Source: a virus (lineage: Duplodnaviria; Caudoviricetes). From it: 58,003 nt of DNA. The stretch is taken from IMG/VR virus record IMGVR_UViG_3300012988_000004, positions 1-58,003 of that record, one strand, 5' to 3'. The position numbers and the translations under genes are program-made. This document shows, piece by piece, positions 47,791-57,580 of this stretch. Positions within the stretch are counted from its first letter, which is position 1. Every line of letters begins with the position of its first letter. A model generated the notes under the pieces. That model did no database searches, was not told where the DNA came from, and worked only from the letters and a program-made list of their open reading frames with translations.

Positions 47791-47813
47791 CAAAGGTACT
47801 ATTATTTTTTGTA
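47791..47813 (-). promoter_or_regulatory. Early promoter with perfect -7 box TACCTTTG
   Basis: TACAAAAAATAATAG-TACCTTTG on the minus strand. Confidence 0.7.
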
Positions 47814-48122
47814 TTTCATAATATACAAGCAAAATATTTTCAATTATTTTTTGATGGCTGCAAGGAGTTTGAACTGGTATGGATCCCTATAAAAACCTTT
47901 CAAATTAATTGGCTTTTAATGCCTTGTTTGTGGATAGGCTTTAAAATATCCTGAATTCAAAACCTTTGATTTTTGGCCCTTTGAAAACGGCTTCATTAAA
48001 TCGTTTATGAGCCACTTTCTTTAATCGGGAGTAGGAATGTATGCCTGGCTTTTTGGGCTCGCCACGCGCGAAACCTATGGCCTACGTTTTGAGAATTTAT
48101 AGACTATTCAGAGGGGGGGGTA

Positions 48123-48428
48123 TCAAAAATGGCCTCCCAATTTTTTTTGCATCTTTTCTGACAATTGATTCAATTTCATGGCGGCTTCATAACCACAGAA
48201 AATGTGCGAATAAATAATTATTGCTCTCTCAGGAGAATCTAGTTGATAAAACTTCCTTTTTTGAATAATTGCGAGAGCTTCTTCCAGCGTTAATCCTCCA
48301 CGTTCATTCAATCGGCTGAGTGATTGCGAATGATTTATCTGAGCCCATTCTTCATTCAGCAATCCATCGGGAATTTCTGAAGGACATCCATTTATTTTAC
48401 GACATCGGCAAGCGGAGTGTAATTGCAT
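48123..48428 (-). CDS. Conserved phage protein (NHSQSL.RL.ERGGL motif)
   Basis: Motif recurrent in phage proteins; start uncertain. Confidence 0.65.
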   Translation of the reverse strand: MQLHSACRCRKINGCPSEIPDGLLNEEWAQINHSQSLSRLNERGGLTLEEALAIIQKRKFYQLDSPERAIIIYSHIFCGYEAAMKLNQLSEKMQKKLGGHF

Positions 48429-48452
48429 AATCTCAATTTCAAAATCCTGATT

Positions 48453-48701
48453 TCAAATGCCATTACTTTTTTCGGAACTAGGTACTACCAAGGTACTATT
48501 TGGCCAATATTTTAAAATTGGTTGTTTACTGTTTGCCTTAAAAATGAACCGGTACATCGCGAGCTCTTCTGCTTGATTGTACTCAGCTCCATTCAAAAGC
48601 TCTTGTAGGCGCTCCTCTGTGATCTTCATACTCCAACTCATCTCCAAGTGAGAAATGGTGTCGTTCTTCAATGCATGCGCGAAGGCTTGGTTTAATGTCA
48701 T
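48453..48701 (-). CDS. Possible HTH protein
   Basis: ISHLEMS..MKITEERLQELLNG. Confidence 0.45.
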   Translation of the reverse strand: MTLNQAFAHALKNDTISHLEMSWSMKITEERLQELLNGAEYNQAEELAMYRFIFKANSKQPILKYWPNSTLVVPSSEKSNGI

Positions 48702-49054
48702 GAGGCAAGCGGAGTAAATGTATAACTTAAAACTCTGGAGAAATCAATAGGCGATGTATCCCATTTTACATCAATGCGACCTAACAGCTTATCATTATAT
48801 TCAAATAAAAACCAAGTCGAATCTTCAAAATATTTAATTGTACACAACTTTGCATCATCTTCAGTTGCTTCTCTTCCAAGATGTTTTTGTAAAACATTTT
48901 TTATCAATTGCTCACGGTAAGCACAAGCAATTGTATAAATGTGATCAGAAATGGATGGATACTTCGGCATACCAAATTGTTTCAACAATTCAGATGCTTT
49001 TTGAATATCTTCAATAGTCACCGGAGTACGCTTAATACCTTTTGTAGTTGTCAT
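48698..49054 (-). CDS. Hypothetical protein
   Basis: Start moved to MTTTKG (ATGA overlap). Confidence 0.55.
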   Translation of the reverse strand: MTTTKGIKRTPVTIEDIQKASELLKQFGMPKYPSISDHIYTIACAYREQLIKNVLQKHLGREATEDDAKLCTIKYFEDSTWFLFEYNDKLLGRIDVKWDTSPIDFSRVLSYTFTPLAS

Positions 49055-49317
49055 TCGATAGATACAATTATTTTTTTGCGCATTCTTTCCCGTGCAACTT
49101 TCAAGAATTCTTCTCTTCCGTTTTCTTTGAGATAAACTAGGTGATCGCATATTTTTCTCCAATTCAAATCAAAAGAAAGCAATGCTTCATTTATCTCTTC
49201 CTCTGTGGCATTTGGGGGAATTTCCAATTTATCGACTTGTTCAAGCAATTGCGTGAATTTTCGTTCAGCATAATGACTTTCTTTTTTTATGGCCTTTTCT
49301 CTGTCGGTGAATTTCAT
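49051..49317 (-). CDS. Hypothetical protein
   Basis: 88 aa ORF. Confidence 0.55.
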   Translation of the reverse strand: MKFTDREKAIKKESHYAERKFTQLLEQVDKLEIPPNATEEEINEALLSFDLNWRKICDHLVYLKENGREEFLKVARERMRKKIIVSIE

Positions 49318-49435
49318 AACTCCAAATTTTCTTCTGACATTCTTTTAGATCTTTGCTTCAATTGAAGCAATCTCATTTTAGATTTATCTACGAATATTTC
49401 TTTAATTATTGCGTAAATAAAATTTTTAATCTTTC

Positions 49436-49987
49436 TCATTGTGTGAAGTTGGTTTCGAGTTTGGGTTCGGTCGGGAATAGTTGCAATTGATTATCGTCAT
49501 AGTCCGATTTGCCGTTGAGGTATAACCAGGTTTCTTCAATGATGGCCTCAATTATTTCGCTCATCTTCTCTGCATCCTCGAATCTGTTCTCTTCATCCAT
49601 TTGCGGGTACATTGTCACCTGGGAGGTTTTCATGATGGCTACTTTGCCCGTTCTTTTGACTTCCTTGGCAAGCGTCATAATTACCCTGGATTTCTTTAAT
49701 AGATAGTCTCCGGAGATGCTCACGGCCTGTACTGTCCATTTGGGGAGGTCTTTGGAGTCAACTTCAATTTCATTTACTGCAAGCGCATATTTGCGCAATT
49801 TCTTCATTAGGTCAGTAAGATCCTTGTGAGGGCTGATTTTTCCGGTGATGGAGTATTTGTGGCCTTTTATTTGGTTCTCTTCTTCGCCTTCGATGATTTC
49901 TCTTGTGGTGATGGTTTCAAAGGTGAGTTTTACTTCATCCAGATCGGGTGAGATGCGGATGGAACGAAATTGTTTTTCAGATGTCAT
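49436..49987 (-). CDS. Conserved hypothetical protein
   Basis: 183 aa; PH.DL and EE...YLNGK....QL.LF pattern. Confidence 0.7.
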   Translation of the reverse strand: MTSEKQFRSIRISPDLDEVKLTFETITTREIIEGEEENQIKGHKYSITGKISPHKDLTDLMKKLRKYALAVNEIEVDSKDLPKWTVQAVSISGDYLLKKSRVIMTLAKEVKRTGKVAIMKTSQVTMYPQMDEENRFEDAEKMSEIIEAIIEETWLYLNGKSDYDDNQLQLFPTEPKLETNFTQ

Positions 49988-49991
49988 TGAA

Positions 49992-50441
49992 TTATGGGTT
50001 TATGGTTAATTGTAAATCTTGTAGTGCTAATTGATAAAGGATGATAGCATCTGCTTCATCATCTGAGGCCACTGAAGGATTATATTTTTTCGCAGCCTCA
50101 ACCATTCCTTCTTTTTTTGCATTACCTTTTCCTGTACCAAATTTCTTAATGACAGTAGGCGCATAAGATTTGTGTTCAATGTTGTTTTCCTCACAAAATA
50201 ATTTTAAAACTCCCTGCATCTCAGCGCCAACGAAATTAGGAAATTTACCATAAGTAGCAAGCTGTTCGAAGACAATTAAATTTATCTTTTCCATCTCACA
50301 TATCTCCCTGAGCTTGGCTTTGAATCTAACCAAGCGCATTCCACGCGATTCATCTTTCTTAGGTGTTAAGTTCCAGCTTCCAGAAGCGGTTTGTGTACAG
50401 AAACCCGTCTTTGTTGCGATGTCTAATGCTAGTAAGTTCAT
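49992..50441 (-). CDS. ruvC: RuvC-like Holliday junction resolvase
   Basis: LALD.ATKTG, VFEQ, IKKFGTGKGNAKK..M, DDEADA; start MNLLAL. Confidence 0.88.
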   Translation of the reverse strand: MNLLALDIATKTGFCTQTASGSWNLTPKKDESRGMRLVRFKAKLREICEMEKINLIVFEQLATYGKFPNFVGAEMQGVLKLFCEENNIEHKSYAPTVIKKFGTGKGNAKKEGMVEAAKKYNPSVASDDEADAIILYQLALQDLQLTINP

Positions 50442-50881
50442 GGTTTTGGGGTTACAAGTAATCCTTTCTCTCGTCTCTCGGCTGCTGAAAGTTTTGTCTC
50501 CACGATGTCGTGGCAGTAGATGCAAGCTGTTTTGAACCATTCCTTTTTTGCCAGGTTCTTTCCGCGCTTCGCCACGTGATGTATAGTATTGGTTTTTCTG
50601 TCGTTCTGACATCCTACCAATTTTATCTGGCAATCAGGGTGCTCTTTAAGATGTTCACGCTTGGCTTTGACATAGTCGATCATTGCAGTCTTGAGTCCTT
50701 CGCTAATCTTAGGGATTTTGTAGGTGGCTTTCTTTTGGTTCTTTGCTTCAAGTTTTTTAGAATCGCGTTCGAACTTCCGTTGCCTTGCATTACATGAGGC
50801 ACACATATCATTGGCCTCAATTTTTTCATTGCCACATATTTTGCAGCCATAATGCTCAATTGGTGTGATTATGCAACTCAT
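50438..50881 (-). CDS. Zn-binding HNH-like nuclease
   Basis: CQI...C...IHH..KRG.N......C..CH. Confidence 0.65.
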   Translation of the reverse strand: MSCIITPIEHYGCKICGNEKIEANDMCASCNARQRKFERDSKKLEAKNQKKATYKIPKISEGLKTAMIDYVKAKREHLKEHPDCQIKLVGCQNDRKTNTIHHVAKRGKNLAKKEWFKTACIYCHDIVETKLSAAERREKGLLVTPKP

Positions 50882-50884
50882 GAT

Positions 50885-51331
50885 TTAAAATCCAGAGAAG
50901 ACTCTTTCGTATTCATTTTCAATTTGAATGTATTGAAGATATGTTGCATCCTCTTGGCGAGGAACTATTACTTCTGGAAATTCTTCGCGGCCCCATTGCA
51001 ATTGCTGATTGATAAGTGAAGTCATTTCTGAGGTGTCACAATCCTTACTGGATTTGTAACGCTTTGTTTGTTTGCCACGCTTATCTTCAAAAACTGTATA
51101 AAATCCTATCTTATCGTAAAATTCCTTTTTCAGTTCATCAATGTAGTGCCCGGTGTGAGAAGCGTAGATATTCCAAACCATGTGAAAGTAAGCATTCTGC
51201 CCCAGCGATCGCACTGGCCTGTTCTTTGAGATTTTAATGACGTAGGAGCCCTCAGGCATGCTGGCAAGCTCTTTACCTACCATCCTATGAGATGTCTCGT
51301 CATTGGCCTTATATAGAAGGATTTTAGGCAT
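50885..51331 (-). CDS. NinB-like recombination protein
   Basis: RSLGQNAYFH, SSKD.DT.EM..LI. Confidence 0.75.
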   Translation of the reverse strand: MPKILLYKANDETSHRMVGKELASMPEGSYVIKISKNRPVRSLGQNAYFHMVWNIYASHTGHYIDELKKEFYDKIGFYTVFEDKRGKQTKRYKSSKDCDTSEMTSLINQQLQWGREEFPEVIVPRQEDATYLQYIQIENEYERVFSGF

Positions 51332-51603
51332 TATGAACCACTTTGAATAAAATCATAATCGTCTGCCCAATCAAGTTTAACACCTGATAAATTTTCTCCG
51401 CAAGATGGGCACCAACGTTCAACGCCAGTGCCTTTACATTCTGGGCACTTTCGTTCTGATTCGCCAGGATAAAAGTTTATTGGATCATCTTCCGATTCAT
51501 CAATATATCCATCCTCACACCAATTAATACAATCGCGTGAATGTAAAGGTGAATGTCCACATTTTGGACAATGCACATTATCTTCAATGTCGTAATCTTC
51601 CAT
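51331..51603 (-). CDS. Multi-CxxC zinc-finger protein
   Basis: CPKC, CINWC, CPECKGTG, CPSC. Confidence 0.7.
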   Translation of the reverse strand: MEDYDIEDNVHCPKCGHSPLHSRDCINWCEDGYIDESEDDPINFYPGESERKCPECKGTGVERWCPSCGENLSGVKLDWADDYDFIQSGS

Positions 51604-52023
51604 GATTTATTTTTTCATCTTCGTTCTTCCAAGTAATCTGAAACTCCTTTTTCTACTTCAATGAGTTTGGCTGTGGCCTCCTGAATTAGTTTCACAGCAT
51701 TTGTTATTTCGGGCTCATCGGTGATCTTTCCGAGAATCAATTGAAGCGAGCCAAGGTCGGCTATTGCATTGGAAAGTGCTAATTGTTTGTAAATCATACA
51801 AAGGACCGATATGGCCGGTTAATTCTAACATACATGCTTTTCTCTTGGCACCAATACTCGGTAGTTGATTTAATAATTGTCGGGCATACTATCATGTCAT
51901 CCTCTGTTATACAGACTGTTCGGAAGGTGTTCTCGTCCTTTCTGTAGAGAATGCAGGGGAGATGATCTTTGAGCATACCGTCTATTTCGGTGAGTTTCAA
52001 TAAGCGGAGGTCTTTGGGATCGA

Positions 52024-52746
52024 TCATGCGAATAGTTTTTGTTGCGATTGATAATTTGCAAATCTCAATTCTTCATCATTGAAATAATCTTTATTGATTT
52101 CAGACGCCCAAAAATCAAACTCACATTCTGCAGCTGCTATCCTATTGCTTCCACTACCTAAATGACTATCCCAAATTTTTAACTTCAACTTCAAATCACA
52201 GAATTTTCTATACATCCATTTGTAGATAAAAACTGGCTTTTGAGTTGGATGTATTTTTTTCTCAGAGTTAGCCCCTCCAGTATTTGAATATCTCACTATT
52301 TTGCTCGGCATATCGAATGATGTCCAGGCTAATTCAACCTGAGAAAAGTTTTCCCAAGGCTGCATTTTATCCCACACAACCCAACAGCGCGAAGTAGGCA
52401 AAGGAAAATAATTGCCTCCCCATATAATTTGGTTCTTTGAAATCCTAAAAAGCTCTTCAAAGTATTCTGACGATGGAATTTCATTATCCCATCCAATGTC
52501 CGATTTATTCAATAATCTGTTCTTGAGTTTACCTGACCCTTGATTCAATCTTCCCTTTAATTTGACGGCTGTACTAACTCCGGCTGATCCGAAGCCATCA
52601 TTTCTACTTCTGTTTGGATTGCTCCCCATTTGCATATTCGCTGCATTGATTCCATAAGGGGGATCAACGATCGCCAAATCAAAAAAATCATCCGGGAATT
52701 CCTTCATCATAATCATGCAATCGACATTTCGGACATCGCTTATCAT
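52024..52746 (-). CDS. DNA amino-methyltransferase (N6A/N4C, beta class)
   Basis: IVDPPY, HPTQKP, DSHLGSGS. Confidence 0.92.
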   Translation of the reverse strand: MISDVRNVDCMIMMKEFPDDFFDLAIVDPPYGINAANMQMGSNPNRSRNDGFGSAGVSTAVKLKGRLNQGSGKLKNRLLNKSDIGWDNEIPSSEYFEELFRISKNQIIWGGNYFPLPTSRCWVVWDKMQPWENFSQVELAWTSFDMPSKIVRYSNTGGANSEKKIHPTQKPVFIYKWMYRKFCDLKLKLKIWDSHLGSGSNRIAAAECEFDFWASEINKDYFNDEELRFANYQSQQKLFA

Positions 52747-52936
52747 TTCTCGAAATGTTTTTCTGTTGTCTCTAAAATCAGTTTGTCTCCGTTCTTCAAT
52801 CTTATCTTCACTTTAGTTCCGTTTTTGTTGTAATACTCTATTGCCTTAAAGCATTCATCTACTATTGCTCCGGCAACGAACTTCTCTTTCTTGCCAAGAA
52901 AATTGTCATGCTCGTCATATATTTCAAGTACGAACA

Positions 52937-54013
52937 TTAAAAAGGTAATTTATCCGTTTCAACTTTTTTGCTTTGATCGAAAAGAGAAGATTGTGTTTGA
53001 AGCCCGCTCTTCAATGAGCCATCCACGACATCAACTCCGTTAAAATAATATCTCCTCTTCTTGAAATCAAACTCTATTTTTTGATCTTCACCGACCGTTC
53101 CCTTATTCACTCCTACGATCTCAAACTGTCGCTGCTTTAGGTTGTGAAATTTAACAAAAGGATCGCGTGGTTCCAAGTGTGAATTAGGTCTTTCGATGGA
53201 ATATTGTACGTCCATTTTGTTGTCCCAAGCTGCTCCTCCTGACTGCATGAACTGATTGACTACTTTGTATGGCGAATGCTTCTCCGAGCTTGCCTTGACC
53301 TCCTTTAGGCTTCTGGGATGGCTTATGATGTTGAAGCACGAATTCGTGAGCATGGCGAATTGCTTAACATCTATGAAGGCATCGGTCAGCATCTCGTCTG
53401 CGCGTTTCATGTTGTCCATCTTGACCACGTTCCAGGGATCGATCAGAAATCCGTCAAGGTTATTAAATCTTTCATTAAGTGATTGAAAGTTGTCGAGTAT
53501 TGATTCTATGGTCCTGTCGGAAGGATGGATGACAAAGAAATGCTTAGTGACAAACTCAAGAGCTTCCTTGCTTTCTTCCTTCGTCATCATTTGGCAATTG
53601 TGCTTCTCGGAGAATTGTCGGTTCCACGTACGCCCGGAATATATCCAAGCCAGGTTCCAGTAGATTCGATCAGCCTTGATTTTCAGTTTGCCATTTTCTA
53701 CTGAAGCATTCATTTCCTCGGGAGAGTAGATGCCCCAACGCCAGCCATCTCGGATAGACTTCACCATCATCATATAGGAGATAAATAAGCTCTTGCCAGC
53801 TGACGGCCAGCCATACCATGCACTCACAAATCCCCTCATCCAGGCCATGTGGTCTTTGAGTAGGTCTATGCGACATGTCTCCCCAGATTGGACATACTCC
53901 CCATGTTCTCCCAATGCTACCTCAAGATCCAAAGGAATGTAGTTATCCTTTTTTTCCTCCTTTGGCTTCTGGCCATCGAGCATGAAGTCACGTACCGATT
54001 TAATTCTTTCCAT
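52937..54013 (-). CDS. SF4 (DnaB/T7 gp4-like) replicative helicase
   Basis: Walker A GWPSAGKS, SPE, LIDPWN, SHP, SGG..W.NK.D, K.R. Confidence 0.85.
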   Translation of the reverse strand: MERIKSVRDFMLDGQKPKEEKKDNYIPLDLEVALGEHGEYVQSGETCRIDLLKDHMAWMRGFVSAWYGWPSAGKSLFISYMMMVKSIRDGWRWGIYSPEEMNASVENGKLKIKADRIYWNLAWIYSGRTWNRQFSEKHNCQMMTKEESKEALEFVTKHFFVIHPSDRTIESILDNFQSLNERFNNLDGFLIDPWNVVKMDNMKRADEMLTDAFIDVKQFAMLTNSCFNIISHPRSLKEVKASSEKHSPYKVVNQFMQSGGAAWDNKMDVQYSIERPNSHLEPRDPFVKFHNLKQRQFEIVGVNKGTVGEDQKIEFDFKKRRYYFNGVDVVDGSLKSGLQTQSSLFDQSKKVETDKLPF

Positions 54014-54317
54014 GTGGCATCAAAAGGAAATATTGATCTGTATGTAGATTAACTGCGAAAGATTCAACCATAGCGTCCTGAGCCATTTCTAGTGCCTTGT
54101 TGTTGATCATTGCCATCTTCAAAGCGTTTCTGAGGTTATTGATTTCGTTTACTGCTTCTTCGTGCATTTCAATGAGACAGTTCAAATGGAATTCTTTGGT
54201 TTTGACAAATTGTGAAGCGATACCGTATTTCGTTTTCATCTTCTCAAGTTCCTCCTGCATAGCAATGATTACTCGGGATCCGTTATCAATTACATTTTTG
54301 AATTCAGCTTCGGTCAT
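54000..54317 (-). CDS. Hypothetical helical protein
   Basis: 105 aa, overlaps the helicase start. Confidence 0.6.
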   Translation of the reverse strand: MTEAEFKNVIDNGSRVIIAMQEELEKMKTKYGIASQFVKTKEFHLNCLIEMHEEAVNEINNLRNALKMAMINNKALEMAQDAMVESFAVNLHTDQYFLLMPHGKN

Positions 54318-54577
54318 TACTCCACAATTTTTCCAATAAACATAACGTCCAAATGCTCAATGACTGAGACGTTATATGTTTTTGAAATACCGAACTCTAT
54401 TTTTTCAATCAAGAAATATCCACGTTTATTTTCGATGTCCCATTTTGCGGGAATACCATTTTTAACATCACACCAAACTTTGTCTCCAACCGAGAACGGC
54501 TGGCATGGTGATTCAATGCTGAAGAACTCCTCATTTTGTTCTTCATCGGTGTAAAATCTTAGTGTTATTTCTGTCAT
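54317..54577 (-). CDS. Hypothetical protein
   Basis: 86 aa coupled ORF. Confidence 0.55.
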   Translation of the reverse strand: MTEITLRFYTDEEQNEEFFSIESPCQPFSVGDKVWCDVKNGIPAKWDIENKRGYFLIEKIEFGISKTYNVSVIEHLDVMFIGKIVE

Positions 54578-55080
54578 ATAAATTCTATTTTTTCAAATTG
54601 CTCGTCTGTAAGAAATCCAATGCCTTGTTTGCCTTTGAATGGGAACGGTTTGATGCGCTGCATGTTCTCGAAATGAAGTCCCCAAAGTTGGTGCTCATCG
54701 ACAATAATTTCTTCAAACCAATCAATATCCTCTTTTCCCATTCTTACCATCTCAGCATTAATGTCCACGTATGCTTTCCCAAGATTATTAAATCCAAGAG
54801 GTTGAACCATCCATAAATCACCGATACAAAGTGCATATCCATTCAAGGTGCTTGTTTCTTCGCGTGTGATTATATTTCTAGCAGATTGGTAATAATCTCC
54901 AGCAAGTCTTTTAAAACTTTCAACTGAATATGATTTCTTAGTGGAGTAGATTAAATATTTTCCTAATGGGAATGGGGGCTTTTTTTCAACTGCCACCCAC
55001 CGGCTTTCAATCTTGCCGTGAAGCATCAAAGAAGCATAAGGTTGGTAAAGTCCGAGTGTTCTTATTTTTTCCATCACCAA
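54574..55080 (-). CDS. ASCH-domain protein
   Basis: LGLYQPYASL..HGKIESR, P.P.KGKQG. Confidence 0.75.
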   Translation of the reverse strand: MVMEKIRTLGLYQPYASLMLHGKIESRWVAVEKKPPFPLGKYLIYSTKKSYSVESFKRLAGDYYQSARNIITREETSTLNGYALCIGDLWMVQPLGFNNLGKAYVDINAEMVRMGKEDIDWFEEIIVDEHQLWGLHFENMQRIKPFPFKGKQGIGFLTDEQFEKIEFI

Positions 55081-55385
55081 ATAGGTTTTAAAATTTCGTA
55101 TCCTTTTTCTGTTTTCTTTATCAATCTCAAGTTCCTGAAGATATTCTGTATGCCTTCTCTCTCATTGTACTCCATCTCGCAGGTCTGCATCTTCAACACC
55201 ACAAACTCTATGGCCTCTGGTGACACGTTGGCGTTCTCCAATACTCTCGCCCACTCTAATATCTCGATCTCGCTGAGAGGAAATGATCGCAGCATGGAGA
55301 ACTTAAAGACGGCCTTCTGTATCTCACCTTTGGGCAAAGTCGCTATGGTGCTCTCCTGCCTTTTGGATAATCCTTTTTCTTCCAT
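55074..55385 (-). CDS. Hypothetical protein (possible helicase loader)
   Basis: Position in the replication module only. Confidence 0.45.
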   Translation of the reverse strand: MEEKGLSKRQESTIATLPKGEIQKAVFKFSMLRSFPLSEIEILEWARVLENANVSPEAIEFVVLKMQTCEMEYNEREGIQNIFRNLRLIKKTEKGYEILKPIW

Positions 55386-55812
55386 TCTGTGTTTTTATTT
55401 CCTCTATGATTGAATCAAACTTAGCTGCCAGCACATTCAACGTCTGGTTTTTGTAGAACTCCGGCAGCTTCTTGCAAAAGTGCCGGAAGAAGTTCTCAAA
55501 GTAGTTTTTGTCTATGACCACCGGTATATGGTTGCTTGGGTTGGCAATCCACAATTGCATTTTGTTGATGATGGAGTTGATCGCAGCTCCATCTATTGCA
55601 GTAAATCCCCACCCTGGATGAACTTCTTTGAGCCAGATGTCAACCATTGATTTATAAAGCTCCGATTGCTCTTTGGGCTTTTTGCTTTTCTTGAAGCTCG
55701 CGTGGTAGGCGATCGCCATCTTGCAGGCTTCTGACCATTCCATCATTTGAAGGGGAATGATGCCAAGCTCGGAGGCTGATTCAATTAGGCGGGATTGCTG
55801 CTGTTTGGTCAT
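55324..55812 (-). CDS. Hypothetical replication-module protein
   Basis: Helical domain ending FDSII.EIK; position. Confidence 0.5.
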   Translation of the reverse strand: MTKQQQSRLIESASELGIIPLQMMEWSEACKMAIAYHASFKKSKKPKEQSELYKSMVDIWLKEVHPGWGFTAIDGAAINSIINKMQLWIANPSNHIPVVIDKNYFENFFRHFCKKLPEFYKNQTLNVLAAKFDSIIEEIKTQNGRKRIIQKAGEHHSDFAQR

Positions 55813-56079
55813 ATTTTTTTATTCTTTTAAGCGATTCAAGTGCTTGATTAAATTGACAGAACCATCCAGATTCCCCAATTCTATATTCACCTGTCCATCC
55901 TTTGTTATCAATATAAATTTCGTGGAGATATTGCCATGAAGTCCAAAAGAATAAAAACTTTCTTTGTCTCATTGAGATATGATAAACTTTATTACAACAA
56001 TGGCCTTCTTTTGAAACTAACATGAATTGTTTAGTCATAACTTATTTCTTTTTAAGTGACTTCATGAACTTATCAATTT

Positions 56080-56401
56080 AAAAAACTAAGGAGCGCCTAT
56101 CAAAGTCCTACGATGGTTCTCTAGCGCACGCTTTGGCTATCTTTCAGCATCGACCACACACCGTTTTACTGCGAATTCAAAAGGGGATTTTTTTCGTACG
56201 AATATAATCCCTGTACTTCTTCGAGCCGAGTTTCAACGTAACCATACCGTCACCATTCCAAAATGAAATGATGCTACGCTTTTTTCTTGGCGCTTTTCTA
56301 GCCGCTCGTTCTCGCTTTCCCGCATGTCTTTTCATGCTCTTTTAATCCGTTGGATGTGTTCTCTCTTCTGCCTACTTTTGATGCGCGACTCCCTAGTTTT
56401 T
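56080..56401 (-). ncRNA. Candidate ~320-nt structured RNA
   Basis: Intergenic; the two ends form an imperfect ~27-bp stem; several internal hairpins. Confidence 0.5.
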
Positions 56402-56406
56402 ATTTC

Positions 56407-56664
56407 TTAAACAAGAATTCCGATTTGCTCAAAATTCACAGCGCAATAACCAGAGGTTTTTGTGCCTGCTGAATCAAATTGAGCATGACCATTTGCCACT
56501 ATTCTGAAAACATAAGCCCCAACATTTTGGAGTAACAAATGCTTCAAATGTGGAAGTGCATCATCGAATTCCAATTTTGATTGACCCGATAGCGAGTCAC
56601 TGTACTTGTTCATGGCATCAACCAATTTATCTGGTGTACCAACGTATTGTATTGACCAACTCAT
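56407..56664 (-). CDS. Hypothetical protein
   Basis: 85 aa, MSWS...G and A.GH motifs. Confidence 0.6.
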   Translation of the reverse strand: MSWSIQYVGTPDKLVDAMNKYSDSLSGQSKLEFDDALPHLKHLLLQNVGAYVFRIVANGHAQFDSAGTKTSGYCAVNFEQIGILV

Positions 56665-56704
56665 TTTTATATCTGTTCAGATCGTCTGTCCCCACGTTTA
56701 TTTT

Positions 56705-57091
56705 TTATACCATTATTGTTTGTGGGCAAGGAATTCTTTCTTTCTGCGGTCTCCACAAGTGAAGCACGTAATCGTGTATGTTAACATAATCCACTTCCTG
56801 CGGATGAATCTGCATCACCACTTCATCTTTATCAAAGAAGAAATCTTTTATGAAGCACATCTCGGCCCAGAAAGGAGTTCGTTGAACAAAGTAATTTTCA
56901 TCTGCGTATTTATGCTTTCCTCTTGATCGAATACAAACGCTTACGTGATCCCAATCCATTCCTGTTCCTACAATCACTTGGAAATAATATTCTCTGATCT
57001 TGTGGTGAGGAATTGCGTAAGCTCCATTCCAATTGTCAAGTTCTCTGCCTTGCATTTTGAATCTACTAAACTCTGATTTCCATTGTCTCAT
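56705..57091 (-). CDS. Conserved phage protein (WDHVSV...P.W.EM..IK...HP...YVN.H..VLHLW family)
   Basis: Strong His-rich motif. Confidence 0.8.
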   Translation of the reverse strand: MRQWKSEFSRFKMQGRELDNWNGAYAIPHHKIREYYFQVIVGTGMDWDHVSVCIRSRGKHKYADENYFVQRTPFWAEMCFIKDFFFDKDEVVMQIHPQEVDYVNIHDYVLHLWRPQKERIPCPQTIMV

Positions 57092-57324
57092 ATTCTTATA
57101 AATTCATGAAGTATTTCAGTTCCCTTTTCTTGATTGCATTTTTTGCAAAGCGTTATCAAATTATTCTCCCTATTAGTCCCTCCCTTTGCTAAGGGAATAA
57201 CATGATCGATAGTCAGCCATTCAGTATCCCCACATTTGCGACATTTATATCCATCACGTTCATAAATCTTCTTTCTTATATGTCTTTCAATTTTTCGTCT
57301 ACCATATACCTGATAATTCTTCAT
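57088..57324 (-). CDS. Small HNH endonuclease
   Basis: RDGYKC..CG, TIDHVIP..KGG, NL..LC..CN..K; start MKNYQ. Confidence 0.9.
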   Translation of the reverse strand: MKNYQVYGRRKIERHIRKKIYERDGYKCRKCGDTEWLTIDHVIPLAKGGTNRENNLITLCKKCNQEKGTEILHEFIRI

Positions 57325-57580
57325 TACGTCAATCAATTGCAGAGAATAGGAAACGGTAGGAAAGAAGGTGTAAGAAAGCAAGTTTCCCCCTACCCCCAAA
57401 GGAAGAAACTTGTTTCACACCATTGCATCGAATGAGGTAACCGTATAGTTTAAGTGAGGCTGGAATCGGGAAGCAAGTTTGTGAAAGCCCGTCTATTCCA
57501 TTTAAGTGATTTGTAACAAACCCTTCGATCAGGGGAGTGCATCTTTGAGTGGCAGCGGTCATAAGTGCTTCGTAAAGACC

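Noticed and set aside
152-57435. Numerous plus-strand ORFs antisense to genes (e.g. 2507, 5472, 13991, 26516, 36348, 55018)
   Set aside because: They are shadow frames of well-supported minus-strand genes with no recognisable motifs.
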